Origin: an uncultured bacterium
GTDB taxonomy: Bacteria > Babelota > Babeliae > Babelales > JABCYS01
DNA: 64,000 nt
Direction of reading: 5' to 3'
NCBI GenBank assembly: GCA_963705705.1
Contig: CAVPKK010000006.1
Span: forward strand, 96,001-160,000
Of this stretch, positions 41,140 to 50,401 are shown piece by piece. Position 1 is the stretch's first letter. Each line of letters opens with the position of its first letter. The notes under the pieces were generated by a model. It was not told where the DNA came from, searched no databases, and saw only the letters and a program-made list of their open reading frames with translations. Position numbers and translations under genes: made by a program.

Positions 41140-42873
41140 CTATCCTTCCTGGCCTCTTTGATTATTAACCTGGTAGAAGTCACGCACTATAGTAATCAGG
41201 GCAGTCAATGTTTCGGCTGATTGGAAAGCCTCGTTGCCTCTGAGTGTCGGCACATATTTTTCTATAAATTTTTGAATATCTTCAAGAGAAGTACATTCCT
41301 CATAAGCTGTAAAAGCAGGATTATAAGGCCAACCCTCTTCCTCAATTTCTTCCTCAAACTTTGACAAGGCTGTTGATCCTAAAAGACCATCAAGAATGGC
41401 TATCGCTCCTTGGCGATGATCCCTAAATACGAGTCCCATACGCTCATCAAATAGTGCAGCACTCAATAGTATTTTTCCATACACTTTGCCATATTGCCCC
41501 ATGATGCCTTGAATCACTCTCAAATCATCCTGTTGGATTATTTGGATTATGCCGCGTAAACATTCTGCGGCAGCCTGAACATTGGCATTAGAACGTAAAA
41601 AAGTTCGATCCTTTAAGAACTGCTCGAGCCATTCAATCGCCAGGCGTCGGCGAATAAATGATGGCACTTGAGCTTCGGATATCATATTTGTAGCATTCAC
41701 AATAGTTCGTTGTGCGTCAGGCAATCTTACAGGCGGCATTGGTTCAGCATTAAAATGTTCCCTGAGCCCGCTAGATAATGCGGGATATGATGCTAACGGT
41801 ACACACCTTTGTTCGGCTAATTCATGTTGTATCTGACGACGCCAAGGGCCGTAAATAACGATAAGTCTTCTTTTTTCTAGTGGCTGCTGAGGATCGCTTG
41901 GCAAATTAGAAATTGCAGGTTTATATCCTCTATTCAGCGCCTGCAAAAGCACTCCCTTACAAAGCCAAGAAGTAGTCGATGACATTTTCATTCGCAGTAA
42001 ATCAATGCCTTTCATGCACAATCGACCAAGTTTTATAAAATATTCATCAGATCCAGCATTATCTTGATGTTCGCCGGCCAAATCATCTACTTTGTCAAAT
42101 ATTTTTCTGCATTTTTCCAATGCTATAAGATCATCTGACTTTGGTTGATTATATACCCATAGTCCACCAGGCCAGATGGGATCTTTATCACCAAGCAGGC
42201 GTGAAATATTAATTCGAAAAGCATTGGCTAAAAGTTCGATTTCCGATGATCGGGCGAATAGAAGATTAGCATCGATAATCCCTTCAACTTTGACCTGTGA
42301 CGGAAAACCCTTAAAAGTTTTCTCCTTTAATTTTTTTTCCAGATCCTGCAGCACAGACCATCCTTTTTCAAAAGTCGATGGTGTTAGTGAACATCCCTGT
42401 CCTAATATTAACATTTGTCCTGCGCGCAACATACCGAACCCATTAAGATAAGAATCTTCATTTTGTTTTGAGAGTTCTGCGGCAAGTTCCAAGGCTTTGG
42501 TAAAGTTAGTCTTCATACCAATGCCGCCGATACAGCAATCAAGCAAACGGCTTTTGGCTTGCCATAGCGTATTAATATTATCCAAGCTCAACGCGTGGAG
42601 ATAACACATAACAGCTTGCCGTTGCATCTTGCGTTTTACACCTTCACGCTCTGCTTGAGCATGACCAATTAAATTTTCAGCTTGTTCTCGGTAAGCATCA
42701 CCAAGACCAAGATAAATGGGAGCCCAGACAGGTTTTAAGCCATGAAGAACTGAATTGTCACCAATAGCTTGAAGTTTGTTCTGAATTTTTGGTGATGAAG
42801 AAGATGAGGTTGCAGCTACATGGCCAACGGCCAAACAGCTAAAAATAATTGGGAATAGTTTTAAGAATTGCAT
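41140..42873 (-). CDS. Secreted SEL1-like helical protein, tandem paralog 1
   Basis: same motifs; RBS GAAGGA. Confidence 0.8.
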   Translation of the reverse strand: MQFLKLFPIIFSCLAVGHVAATSSSSSPKIQNKLQAIGDNSVLHGLKPVWAPIYLGLGDAYREQAENLIGHAQAEREGVKRKMQRQAVMCYLHALSLDNINTLWQAKSRLLDCCIGGIGMKTNFTKALELAAELSKQNEDSYLNGFGMLRAGQMLILGQGCSLTPSTFEKGWSVLQDLEKKLKEKTFKGFPSQVKVEGIIDANLLFARSSEIELLANAFRINISRLLGDKDPIWPGGLWVYNQPKSDDLIALEKCRKIFDKVDDLAGEHQDNAGSDEYFIKLGRLCMKGIDLLRMKMSSTTSWLCKGVLLQALNRGYKPAISNLPSDPQQPLEKRRLIVIYGPWRRQIQHELAEQRCVPLASYPALSSGLREHFNAEPMPPVRLPDAQRTIVNATNMISEAQVPSFIRRRLAIEWLEQFLKDRTFLRSNANVQAAAECLRGIIQIIQQDDLRVIQGIMGQYGKVYGKILLSAALFDERMGLVFRDHRQGAIAILDGLLGSTALSKFEEEIEEEGWPYNPAFTAYEECTSLEDIQKFIEKYVPTLRGNEAFQSAETLTALITIVRDFYQVNNQRGQEG

Positions 42874-42970
42874 GTATAGTCCTTCCATTTGAAACTTCAC
42901 TCAATTTGAGCTTATCACCGCTATTTGTCAAAAGGTTAGCTGCCTTTTTTAATGAAAAAACGGCTTTTTC
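42874..42970 (-). promoter_or_regulatory. Promoter TTGACA-17-CAAATT resembling 3' end of the conserved cassette; repeated at 41044-41105
   Basis: GCAGCTAACCTTTTGAC...TTCAAATGGA versus GCAGCCGACGCTTTTGAC...TTCAAATGGA at 57426-57487. Confidence 0.55.
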
Positions 42971-43085
42971 GTGGTTATTGGACGCCAAAAAGATTCGCCA
43001 TTCTACGAAGAGAACGCGAATCTGACATTTTAAGCGCATGAGTGGCTTATCGAGCTGAGAAAGGGGTTTTAAGGATATTTAATAG

Positions 43086-43718
43086 TCATCGACCATCAAA
43101 ATAGCCAAGATCCATGAGTGCCTCGCGCACCTCGGCTAGTGGTAGACCCAAAACGGAGCTATACGAGCCATCAATGGTCTTAATGAATTGTCCACCAAAG
43201 CCTTCTATAGTTATGGCACCGCTAATAGATAAATAGTCGGGGGTATGATCAAGGTAGGCCTCGATCCACTCATCAGGAAGATCCATAGTATATTTGGTCT
43301 CAACGTATTGGCTTATTTCATCCAGGCCATGCCAGGCATTATCTTGCCACACCTTTTTGGCCAGGCAAAAGGCAGTGCCCACGATGCCGCCATCACGTAA
43401 TGCTCTAATTTTTTCTCGGGCATCCTCGCGATCCTTGGGTTTGCCATGGACATTACCTTTAAGATCACAGCCCATGGTATCGGCCACGATCACAAAGGCC
43501 ATAAGCTCTTTGATTTCTCCGATGGCTGGCATAACCACATGCGCCATTTTTTGTTCGGCGATAGCGACTACTTGTTCAGAGAAGGTTCGGCCAGCAGTGC
43601 GCACTTTTTCCGTTGCCTGCTGCTCGATAACCGTAAAAGGGATGTCCATTGAGCCCAACAGTTCACGCCGCGCACGGCTTGATGAGGCAAGGTATATATG
43701 CTTTTTAAGTTTTTCCAT
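43086..43718 (-). CDS. maf: Maf family nucleoside triphosphate pyrophosphatase
   Basis: LASSSRARRELL, ADT, GKPKD, GSYSSVLGLP. Confidence 0.9.
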   Translation of the reverse strand: MEKLKKHIYLASSSRARRELLGSMDIPFTVIEQQATEKVRTAGRTFSEQVVAIAEQKMAHVVMPAIGEIKELMAFVIVADTMGCDLKGNVHGKPKDREDAREKIRALRDGGIVGTAFCLAKKVWQDNAWHGLDEISQYVETKYTMDLPDEWIEAYLDHTPDYLSISGAITIEGFGGQFIKTIDGSYSSVLGLPLAEVREALMDLGYFDGR

Positions 43719-43918
43719 TGTTTGTTCCTACTATAATTGCATATAGTATACGAAGCTCTCAAATAAACTGCATCAGATCAAATATTAATGAATAGTTTTG
43801 CTTTTTGTGCTGCGAACTTCTATACTTTTGCTCCTTAAAATATATAGCAAAGCAAGTTGGGAAATAAATTTCTCTGCGAGCGCAGTGATATATAGGCGGC
43901 TGACGCCGCTCAATTTAT

Positions 43919-43992
<74 letters not shown>

Positions 43993-44055
43993 CATCATTT
44001 ACTTATCATCAAAAACCTTATAGATTACGAGCTCTTTTACATTAGATCTTCATGT

Positions 44056-44131
44056 CGGGGCGTAGCGCAATTGGTAGCGCACCAGTTTTGGGTACTGGGG
44101 GTTGTGAGTTCGAGTCTCGCCGCCCCGACCA
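44056..44131 (+). tRNA. tRNA-Pro(TGG)
   Basis: CGGGGCG...CCAGT-TTTGGGT-ACTGG...GTTCGAGTC...CGCCCCGACCA. Confidence 0.95.
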
Positions 44132-44166
44132 TTAAAAAAAGATCCTTCGATACGCAAGAGCGGTCT

Positions 44167-44997
44167 ATGACGAAAATCATTACGAAATATTCCGGCGAAC
44201 GTGAACCATTCGATGTCTCCAAATTTCAACGATCAATCCGCCGCGCCGGCGCAAATGAATCACAAGTCCGCGATCTGACCAGAAAAGTTCTTGAAAGTCA
44301 TGATCTTAATACCACTAAAGAAATTTATTCTTTCGCTTTCCACTTCCTGAAGCGAAAGAATCCGCCAATCGCCGCTCGCTATAGCTTGCGAAGCGCAATT
44401 ACTCAGCTCGGTCCAAGCGGTTTTCCTTTTGAACAACTTGTCGGACAGATTTTTAAACACCTTGGATACGAAGTTCAGACCGACCAAATTTTGAACGGAA
44501 AATGCGTACGTCATGAAGTCGACTTAGTGTTGCAAAAAAAGGGCAAACATTTCATGGGTGAATGCAAATTCCATCATGAACCGCATCTCAATGTTGATGT
44601 TAAAATTCCTCTCTATGTTAAAGCCCGCTTCGAAGATATTCAGGCAAATCATACATTTGATGGCGCTTGGGTCATTACAAATACTAAATTTTCCACAGCA
44701 GCCATCGAATATTCAAAGTGCGCTGGTCTGCATCTATTAGGATGGTCATATCCCGGCAATGACAGTCTTGAACGAGTTATCGATCGCCTTGGTTTACACC
44801 CTATTACCGCGATGACAACACTGAGCAATAAACAAAAGCAGCTGTTGCTTGAACAAAAAATCGTCTTGTGCAAAAACATGGCTCAAGAACGTGGTACACT
44901 TAAATCTATAGGCTTAAGCGAACAGCAAATTGAGGATGTTATTCGCGAAGGCAATACTATGTGCGAACTTGGCGCTATCAATCACGAAGATCAATAG
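44167..44997 (+). CDS. ATP-cone domain plus Mrr-like PD-(D/E)xK endonuclease protein
   Basis: ITKYSGEREPFDVSK ATP-cone; GPSGFPFE...HEVD...ECKFH...ITNTKFS. Confidence 0.82.
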   Translation: MTKIITKYSGEREPFDVSKFQRSIRRAGANESQVRDLTRKVLESHDLNTTKEIYSFAFHFLKRKNPPIAARYSLRSAITQLGPSGFPFEQLVGQIFKHLGYEVQTDQILNGKCVRHEVDLVLQKKGKHFMGECKFHHEPHLNVDVKIPLYVKARFEDIQANHTFDGAWVITNTKFSTAAIEYSKCAGLHLLGWSYPGNDSLERVIDRLGLHPITAMTTLSNKQKQLLLEQKIVLCKNMAQERGTLKSIGLSEQQIEDVIREGNTMCELGAINHEDQ

Positions 44998-45006
44998 AGT
45001 TTTGTT

Positions 45007-46173
45007 GTGAAACAACGGGTTAAAGAATCGATTAACGCCATGGCAGCAGTGCCGCCGATCACAAAGATTATTGGCGACAAACGCTATTTTCGCTATTTCG
45101 ATTGGATAAGTTTTTCGTTAATTGTTTCACTTACCTTAATTGGTCTTCTATTCGTTTATAGCGCAACTTATCGACCTGAACAGCATTATTCTACTTTTTT
45201 CAAGAAACAACTTTTTGGATTCGCATCAGGGCTTATTATCTATTTTATTTTTTGTTGGGTTGATTATCGGCGGTTATGCCGGATCGGTTATTTTATCTAT
45301 TTTGTAATCATGGGATTATTATTATTCACCATGATCAAAGGCCACATGGGAATGGGCGCAAAGCGATGGATCGACCTAGCATTCTTTCGCTTTCAACCAT
45401 CGGAATTAGCAAAACTATTTTTCCCTGCATTCATTGCCTACTATTTTGAAACAGAAAAAAAAGCCGGCGTATACAATTTTATTGAATTTATACCAGTGCT
45501 CGTGGTCTTGGGCATCAGCTTCATTCTGGTATTAAAACAACCTGATTTGGGTACCGGCCTTTTGCTACTTTTTAACGGACTCATATTGCTGTGGCTGATT
45601 GGTATGCCACGCAAATTTTTTGTAATTCTCGGATTAATTTCGATCATTGGCGCACCCGTTATGTGGAAGTCACTTAAGGAATATCAGCGAAAACGTGTGA
45701 TGGTGTTTCTTGGTTATGGCGATGCATTACATGAGCGCTACCATCTTGAGCAATCAAAAATTGCTATTGGCTCTGGTGGCATTGCGGGTAAAGGATTTTT
45801 AAAAGGAACACAAAACAAATATATGTTCTTACCAGAAAGCAGAACAGATTTTATCTTCTCCGTCGTTTGCGAAGAATGGGGCTTTATTGGCGCACTGTTG
45901 GTCATTACATTATTTTTACTACTCTTCATTCGGCTATTTTTAATGATTAGTACTCTCAACACTGTATTTGCACAAATACTTGCAACTGGGCTTGTGCTCA
46001 ACGTTGCGCTTGCGGCCGTGATTAATATGGGCATGGCATCTGGACTATTGCCCATCGTAGGGATTCCGTTACCCTTTCTTAGTTATGGGCTCACTCATAT
46101 TTGGTCCACATTCGCCGGACTTGGATGGGTAAATGGGATATTAATCGCAAGACAATACCAAGGGCAGGCCTAG
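45007..46173 (+). CDS. rodA: Rod shape-determining protein RodA (SEDS family)
   Basis: GAKRWI, FQPSELAK, QPDLGT, QSKIAIGSGG, PESRTDFIF, GIPLPFLSYG. Confidence 0.92.
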   Translation: MKQRVKESINAMAAVPPITKIIGDKRYFRYFDWISFSLIVSLTLIGLLFVYSATYRPEQHYSTFFKKQLFGFASGLIIYFIFCWVDYRRLCRIGYFIYFVIMGLLLFTMIKGHMGMGAKRWIDLAFFRFQPSELAKLFFPAFIAYYFETEKKAGVYNFIEFIPVLVVLGISFILVLKQPDLGTGLLLLFNGLILLWLIGMPRKFFVILGLISIIGAPVMWKSLKEYQRKRVMVFLGYGDALHERYHLEQSKIAIGSGGIAGKGFLKGTQNKYMFLPESRTDFIFSVVCEEWGFIGALLVITLFLLLFIRLFLMISTLNTVFAQILATGLVLNVALAAVINMGMASGLLPIVGIPLPFLSYGLTHIWSTFAGLGWVNGILIARQYQGQA

Positions 46174-46177
46174 GCCG

Positions 46178-46199
46178 CCAGGGCAAGCCCTGCACCCAT
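46178..46199. repeat. Small hairpin repeat family C copy
   Basis: CCAGGGCAAGCCCTGCACCCAT, 19/22 identical to 52927-52948. Confidence 0.55.
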
Positions 46200-46214
46200 A
46201 ATGCAATCTATTTC

Positions 46215-46265
46215 TGCGTCCCTCGATACATTTTTGCTAAAGCAAAAACACTCGGGATGAGCGGG
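46215..46265. repeat. Family A variant with internal TTTTTGC..GCAAAAA hairpin
   Basis: reverse complement closely matches 50330-50383. Confidence 0.8.
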
Positions 46266-46296
46266 TCAGTTCATTAATAAGAGAGTTAGAAATCAA

Positions 46297-47355
46297 ATGA
46301 AAAAGAATTTAGAACAATCACATGACACGCCAATACCACTCGAAGCCACCATATCCCCTTCCTATTTTGCCTTGACCGAAACAACCGAAGATCGCACGCT
46401 CGATTTTCATCCAAAAGAATTTCATGATTACGTCGGCCAAAAAGAACTGAAAGAAAAATTATCTATCTACACGCAAGCTGCAAAGATGCGGAACGAACCA
46501 TTAGATCACCTCTTGCTGTTCGGTCCACCAGGCCTTGGCAAGACTACTCTTTCTCAAATCATGGCAACGGTTATGGGTGTGCAGATAAAAATTTGTAGTG
46601 GTCCGATGCTTGAGCGCACAGGTGATTTAGTTGCTCTTCTTTCATCACTATCACCGCGAGATATTTTTTTTATTGATGAAATTCATCGCTTACCAGCAGC
46701 GGTTGAGGAAGTACTGTATAGCGCCATGGAGCATTTTCGTGTTGATGTAATCATCGGCCAAGGCGCAGGCGCAAAATCAATCGCCCTTCCCATCGCGCCG
46801 TTCACTCTTATTGCCGCAACAACAAAAAGTGGCATGATTTCTGCGCCATTGCGTAGCCGATTTGGCATTGTTGAACGATTAGATTTTTATACTAGTGAGG
46901 AATTGCGTGATATCGTGCTGCAAAATGCCGTGCATTTATCATTGCCATTGTCTCCTGCCGCCGGTCTCGTTATTGGTTCATGTGCGCGAGGCACTCCGCG
47001 GATTGCAAAGAAATTATTGCGCCGCGTTCGTGATTACGCACAAGTTACAAAAAAGAAGGCAGATGAAAAGTTGGTACGAGAGGCTCTCATCTTTCTGGGA
47101 ATTGACGAAGATGGTTTGACCAAAATGGATAATGAATTACTGCGCAGTATGATCACGAAATTTAATGGCGGGCCTGTTGGCCTGGAAACGATGGCCTCAA
47201 TTACAGGTGAAGATAAAGATACAATCGAAACGGTATATGAACCCTATTTAATGCAGCGTGGCTATCTGGAACGAACACCGCGTGGCCGTCAAATTGGATA
47301 TAAAATGTTGCCGTTTTTGAAAAAGAAATTTTTTGGCCAAGAGACGTTAATTTAA
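46297..47355 (+). CDS. ruvB: Holliday junction DNA helicase RuvB
   Basis: LLFGPPGLGKTTL, FIDEIHR, PLRSRFG, RGTPRIA, YEPYL, RTPRGR. Confidence 0.96.
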   Translation: MKKNLEQSHDTPIPLEATISPSYFALTETTEDRTLDFHPKEFHDYVGQKELKEKLSIYTQAAKMRNEPLDHLLLFGPPGLGKTTLSQIMATVMGVQIKICSGPMLERTGDLVALLSSLSPRDIFFIDEIHRLPAAVEEVLYSAMEHFRVDVIIGQGAGAKSIALPIAPFTLIAATTKSGMISAPLRSRFGIVERLDFYTSEELRDIVLQNAVHLSLPLSPAAGLVIGSCARGTPRIAKKLLRRVRDYAQVTKKKADEKLVREALIFLGIDEDGLTKMDNELLRSMITKFNGGPVGLETMASITGEDKDTIETVYEPYLMQRGYLERTPRGRQIGYKMLPFLKKKFFGQETLI

Positions 47356-47415
47356 TTCGTTCAACAACCTTACTAATCTAACTCAATTGTTTAACCCATT
47401 TTATAAGGAGAGCAC

Positions 47416-47811
47416 ATGTTTGCTCCAGTTAATCTTCTCGCATTAGGTGTAGGAATTATTTCATATATGGCAATTGGCATGTTGTGGTATTCATCCATAC
47501 TCTTTGCTAACTATTGCCCTATGAGCACACGAAAAGACAATGTTAAACCGAGCGGCAAAGAATTTGCTGCCGCAATGGTGATCGCAATCATTTCATCATG
47601 GTCTATAGCACAAATAATTGGTTGGACTAATCCACCAACATTGATGATGGCATTAACCATTGGGTTTGTGTCATGGCTTGGTCTTATGGCAGCACCTTGC
47701 TATAGCCAGGTAATTTGGGCCGGGCAAGATGTAATAACCTATGGTGTTAATGTATCTGGCGGCCTAGTAAGAATCTTAGTGCTCAGTGCCCTCTTTTTCT
47801 TATGGCAGTAA
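47416..47811 (+). CDS. DUF1761-like membrane protein, copy 1
   Basis: VNLLA..GMLWYS..LF, four TM segments. Confidence 0.75.
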   Translation: MFAPVNLLALGVGIISYMAIGMLWYSSILFANYCPMSTRKDNVKPSGKEFAAAMVIAIISSWSIAQIIGWTNPPTLMMALTIGFVSWLGLMAAPCYSQVIWAGQDVITYGVNVSGGLVRILVLSALFFLWQ

Positions 47812-47879
47812 TCGTTGCCCTTGATGATAGCCTTGCTAATCTAACTTAATTGTTTAACCCATTTTTATAAGGAGAGCAT

Positions 47880-48281
47880 ATGTTTGCTCCAGTTAATCTT
47901 CTCGCTGTTGGCGCCGGTACCATTGCGTATATGGCCTTAAGCATGTTTTGGTATTCCCCTTTGGCTTTTGGTCCAATGTGGGCTCATCTACATCATTTCC
48001 GCGAAGAACATCTTAAACCAACAGCAACACATTTTATTGGCGCTGCCATTGTGGCATTTCTTTCATCGTGGTGTATGGCGCAACTGATCGCTTGGACGAA
48101 TCCGTTCATGGCAGTTCATGCATTAATGGTAGGTTTTGTGGCATGGCTTGGCCTCACGGCAGCACCTCGCTACAGCCAAGTGATTTGGGCTGGCCTAAAT
48201 GTGACACTTTTTATCATTGATGTATCAGGCTTATTAGTTAAGACCATGATGCTCAGCGTCCTCTTCTACCTATGGCGCTAG
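47880..48281 (+). CDS. DUF1761-like membrane protein, copy 2
   Basis: WYSPLAFGPMW motif; paralog of upstream gene. Confidence 0.8.
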   Translation: MFAPVNLLAVGAGTIAYMALSMFWYSPLAFGPMWAHLHHFREEHLKPTATHFIGAAIVAFLSSWCMAQLIAWTNPFMAVHALMVGFVAWLGLTAAPRYSQVIWAGLNVTLFIIDVSGLLVKTMMLSVLFYLWR

Positions 48282-48339
48282 TCAGTGCATGCCCCAAGGA
48301 AGAACCTCATTCCATTGGGCAAATATTTTTTTAAAGCAC

Positions 48340-48376
48340 AGAACGCGGGATCGTCATGGTTCCGCGTTCTCTTATT
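48340..48376 (+). terminator. Probable terminator hairpin
   Basis: AGAACGCGG...CCGCGTTCT, weak T tail. Confidence 0.5.
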
Positions 48377-48508
48377 GTCTCTCGTTTCACGACCTAAAAA
48401 AAAATTTCAAAACCGCTAGGCTTGTAGCCACCTTATTTCATGCTCGACAACGCATAGAAATTAGCCTAAAAAAACAACAAATACGTCGATCCAGAAAGGA
48501 TTTTCACG

Positions 48509-49222
48509 ATGGCCGGGCATAGTAAATGGAAACAGATAAAGCATAAAAAGGCTATTACAGACGCCAAAAGAGGCGCCTCGTTTACTAAACTCATCAAAGA
48601 AATATCCGTAGCCGCCCGACATGGTGGCGGTGATCCTGGAGCCAATCCGCGACTGCGCACATTGCTCGAGAAAGCAAAGGCGATCAACATGCCTATTGAT
48701 AATGCTCAACGTGCAATTAAAAGAGGTACAGGTGAACTGCCTGGCGTAATGTATGAGCATATCTTGTATGAGGGATATGCGCCTCACAGCATTGCAATAT
48801 TAATAGATGTTCTTACTGATAATCGCAATAAGGCCATCGCGGAATTACGACATGCTTTTAATAAGAATGGCGGTATCTTGGGTGAAAGTAATTCAGTTGC
48901 CTGGATGTTTGAACGGGTTGGAGAAATTCAAGCTAAGGATGGCATGACGGAAGATGAGTTGCTAGAAAAGTTACTCGACTACGACATTAAAAATATTACG
49001 CTTGATAATGGCATTTTTACCATTCACACAGAACCTAAAATGCTGGAACAAGTACGCCAGGCCGTGGTAAATCTAGGCCTGAAAGTTGATAGTGCTGAAC
49101 TTGAATGGCTTGCCAAAGCGCCAACTGAATTGGATGAACAAAAACAAAATGAAGTAATTCAATTCTTGGAAGCAATCGAAGAGCTTGAAGATGTGCAAAA
49201 TGTGTACACGAACATGGCATAA
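48509..49222 (+). CDS. yebC: YebC/PmpR family regulator
   Basis: MAGHSKWKQIKHKK, YEGY, TDNRN, DVQNVYTN. Confidence 0.95.
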   Translation: MAGHSKWKQIKHKKAITDAKRGASFTKLIKEISVAARHGGGDPGANPRLRTLLEKAKAINMPIDNAQRAIKRGTGELPGVMYEHILYEGYAPHSIAILIDVLTDNRNKAIAELRHAFNKNGGILGESNSVAWMFERVGEIQAKDGMTEDELLEKLLDYDIKNITLDNGIFTIHTEPKMLEQVRQAVVNLGLKVDSAELEWLAKAPTELDEQKQNEVIQFLEAIEELEDVQNVYTNMA

Positions 49223-49225
49223 TGT

Positions 49226-49300
49226 GGGGCCGTTCCCTCCCCACACCCCTCCCTAAATTTTATTTATTTGGAGGACTATCGCCCTCCAAACCACCCATTT
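49226..49300. repeat. Repeat family B copy
   Basis: GGCCGTTCCCTCCCCACACCCCTCCCT...TTTGGAGG..CCTCCAAA-CCACCCATTT. Confidence 0.75.
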
Positions 49301-49384
49301 CGAGATCAGACAGGTATATTAATAAACGAGACGGAATTTTTCAGGCTTAGTCTGGTCAGTCCAGCCAACCTATTGAAAGAAGAC

Positions 49385-50284
49385 ATGTCAACCATACATA
49401 GCATGACCGGGTTTGCCTCCAAAACCTTTACCATCGCCCTTTCGCCTGAAACGCAGGCCCAAATCACTCTGAGCATTAAATCATTAAACTCCCGTTTTTT
49501 TGAAACCACCTTCAAACTTCCTTATGCCTTATCCAACCTTGAAACAGATTTGATGCAAAGGTGCAAGGCAAAGCTCAAACGCGGCCATGTATTTTTTACC
49601 ATCAATATGAGTAATCCCAATTTATTCAAGACAGGTGTTGAGCCGGCATTATCGGTTGTTCATAGCTATATAATTGCTGCGGATCAAATCAAACAAAAAT
49701 ATGGCGTAGAAGGCAAACTAAGTATTTCCGATATAGTAACGCTGCCAAATGTCTTCAGCATCGAAGAGCTTGCCGTTGACGAAGCGCTCAGATCAACGAT
49801 CATCAGTGAAACGGAATTAGTATTAAATGACCTTTTAGCCGCTCGTGCTGCCGAAGGCGCTCGAATTATCAAAGACATTGAACAACGCGCAACCAAACTA
49901 GATGAAGAGATTATTGCAATTGAGCAAAATTCTAAGAAAGTTATCGCAGCCCGTAAAGAAAAAATCCAACAGGATCTTGCGGCATTGGGCGTGAATCTAG
50001 ATGCCACTACAGAAGCGCAGCGGGCTCTCTTATTTACTGAATTGACTAAGATGGATATTAATGAAGAGTTGGTGCGCTTTAAAAGCCACCTGCAAGCCAT
50101 TAAGGTTTTATTAGCATCGCCAGACTTGGAAAAAGGTAAGCGGTTAGATTTTACGATTCAAGAACTGAACCGCGAGACAAATACCATAGCATCAAAATGC
50201 GCTGATGCAACTATTGGCGCTTTGGCTATCAATATCAAGGTTGATTTAGAAAAGATGCGCGAACAAACGCAGAATATTGTGTAA
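49385..50284 (+). CDS. yicC: YicC/YloC family endoribonuclease
   Basis: SMTGFA, KSLNSRF, DINEELVR, GKRLDFTIQELNRETNTIASK, EKMREQTQN. Confidence 0.92.
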   Translation: MSTIHSMTGFASKTFTIALSPETQAQITLSIKSLNSRFFETTFKLPYALSNLETDLMQRCKAKLKRGHVFFTINMSNPNLFKTGVEPALSVVHSYIIAADQIKQKYGVEGKLSISDIVTLPNVFSIEELAVDEALRSTIISETELVLNDLLAARAAEGARIIKDIEQRATKLDEEIIAIEQNSKKVIAARKEKIQQDLAALGVNLDATTEAQRALLFTELTKMDINEELVRFKSHLQAIKVLLASPDLEKGKRLDFTIQELNRETNTIASKCADATIGALAINIKVDLEKMREQTQNIV

Positions 50285-50329
50285 CTACAAGTAATATCAT
50301 AGGAACTGCACTTCCAAAAGGTGTATGAT

Positions 50330-50383
50330 CCGCTCGTCCTGAGTGTTTTTGCAAAGCAAAAATGTATCGAAGGATGCGAGCGG
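50330..50383. repeat. Family A variant just upstream of dnaE
   Basis: CCGCTCGTCCTGAGTGTTTTTGCAAAGCAAAAATGTATCGAAGGATGCGAGCGG. Confidence 0.85.
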
Positions 50384-50401
50384 GGCAGCAAAATAACAGC
50401 A

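Noticed and set aside
49268..49384. N-terminal extension of YicC
   Set aside because: Begins in a family B repeat; the family start motif is at 49385
50321..50401. N-terminal extension of DnaE through the repeat
   Set aside because: Homology begins at MADKHF (50402); the upstream frame is repeat-derived, although use of the upstream start cannot be excluded
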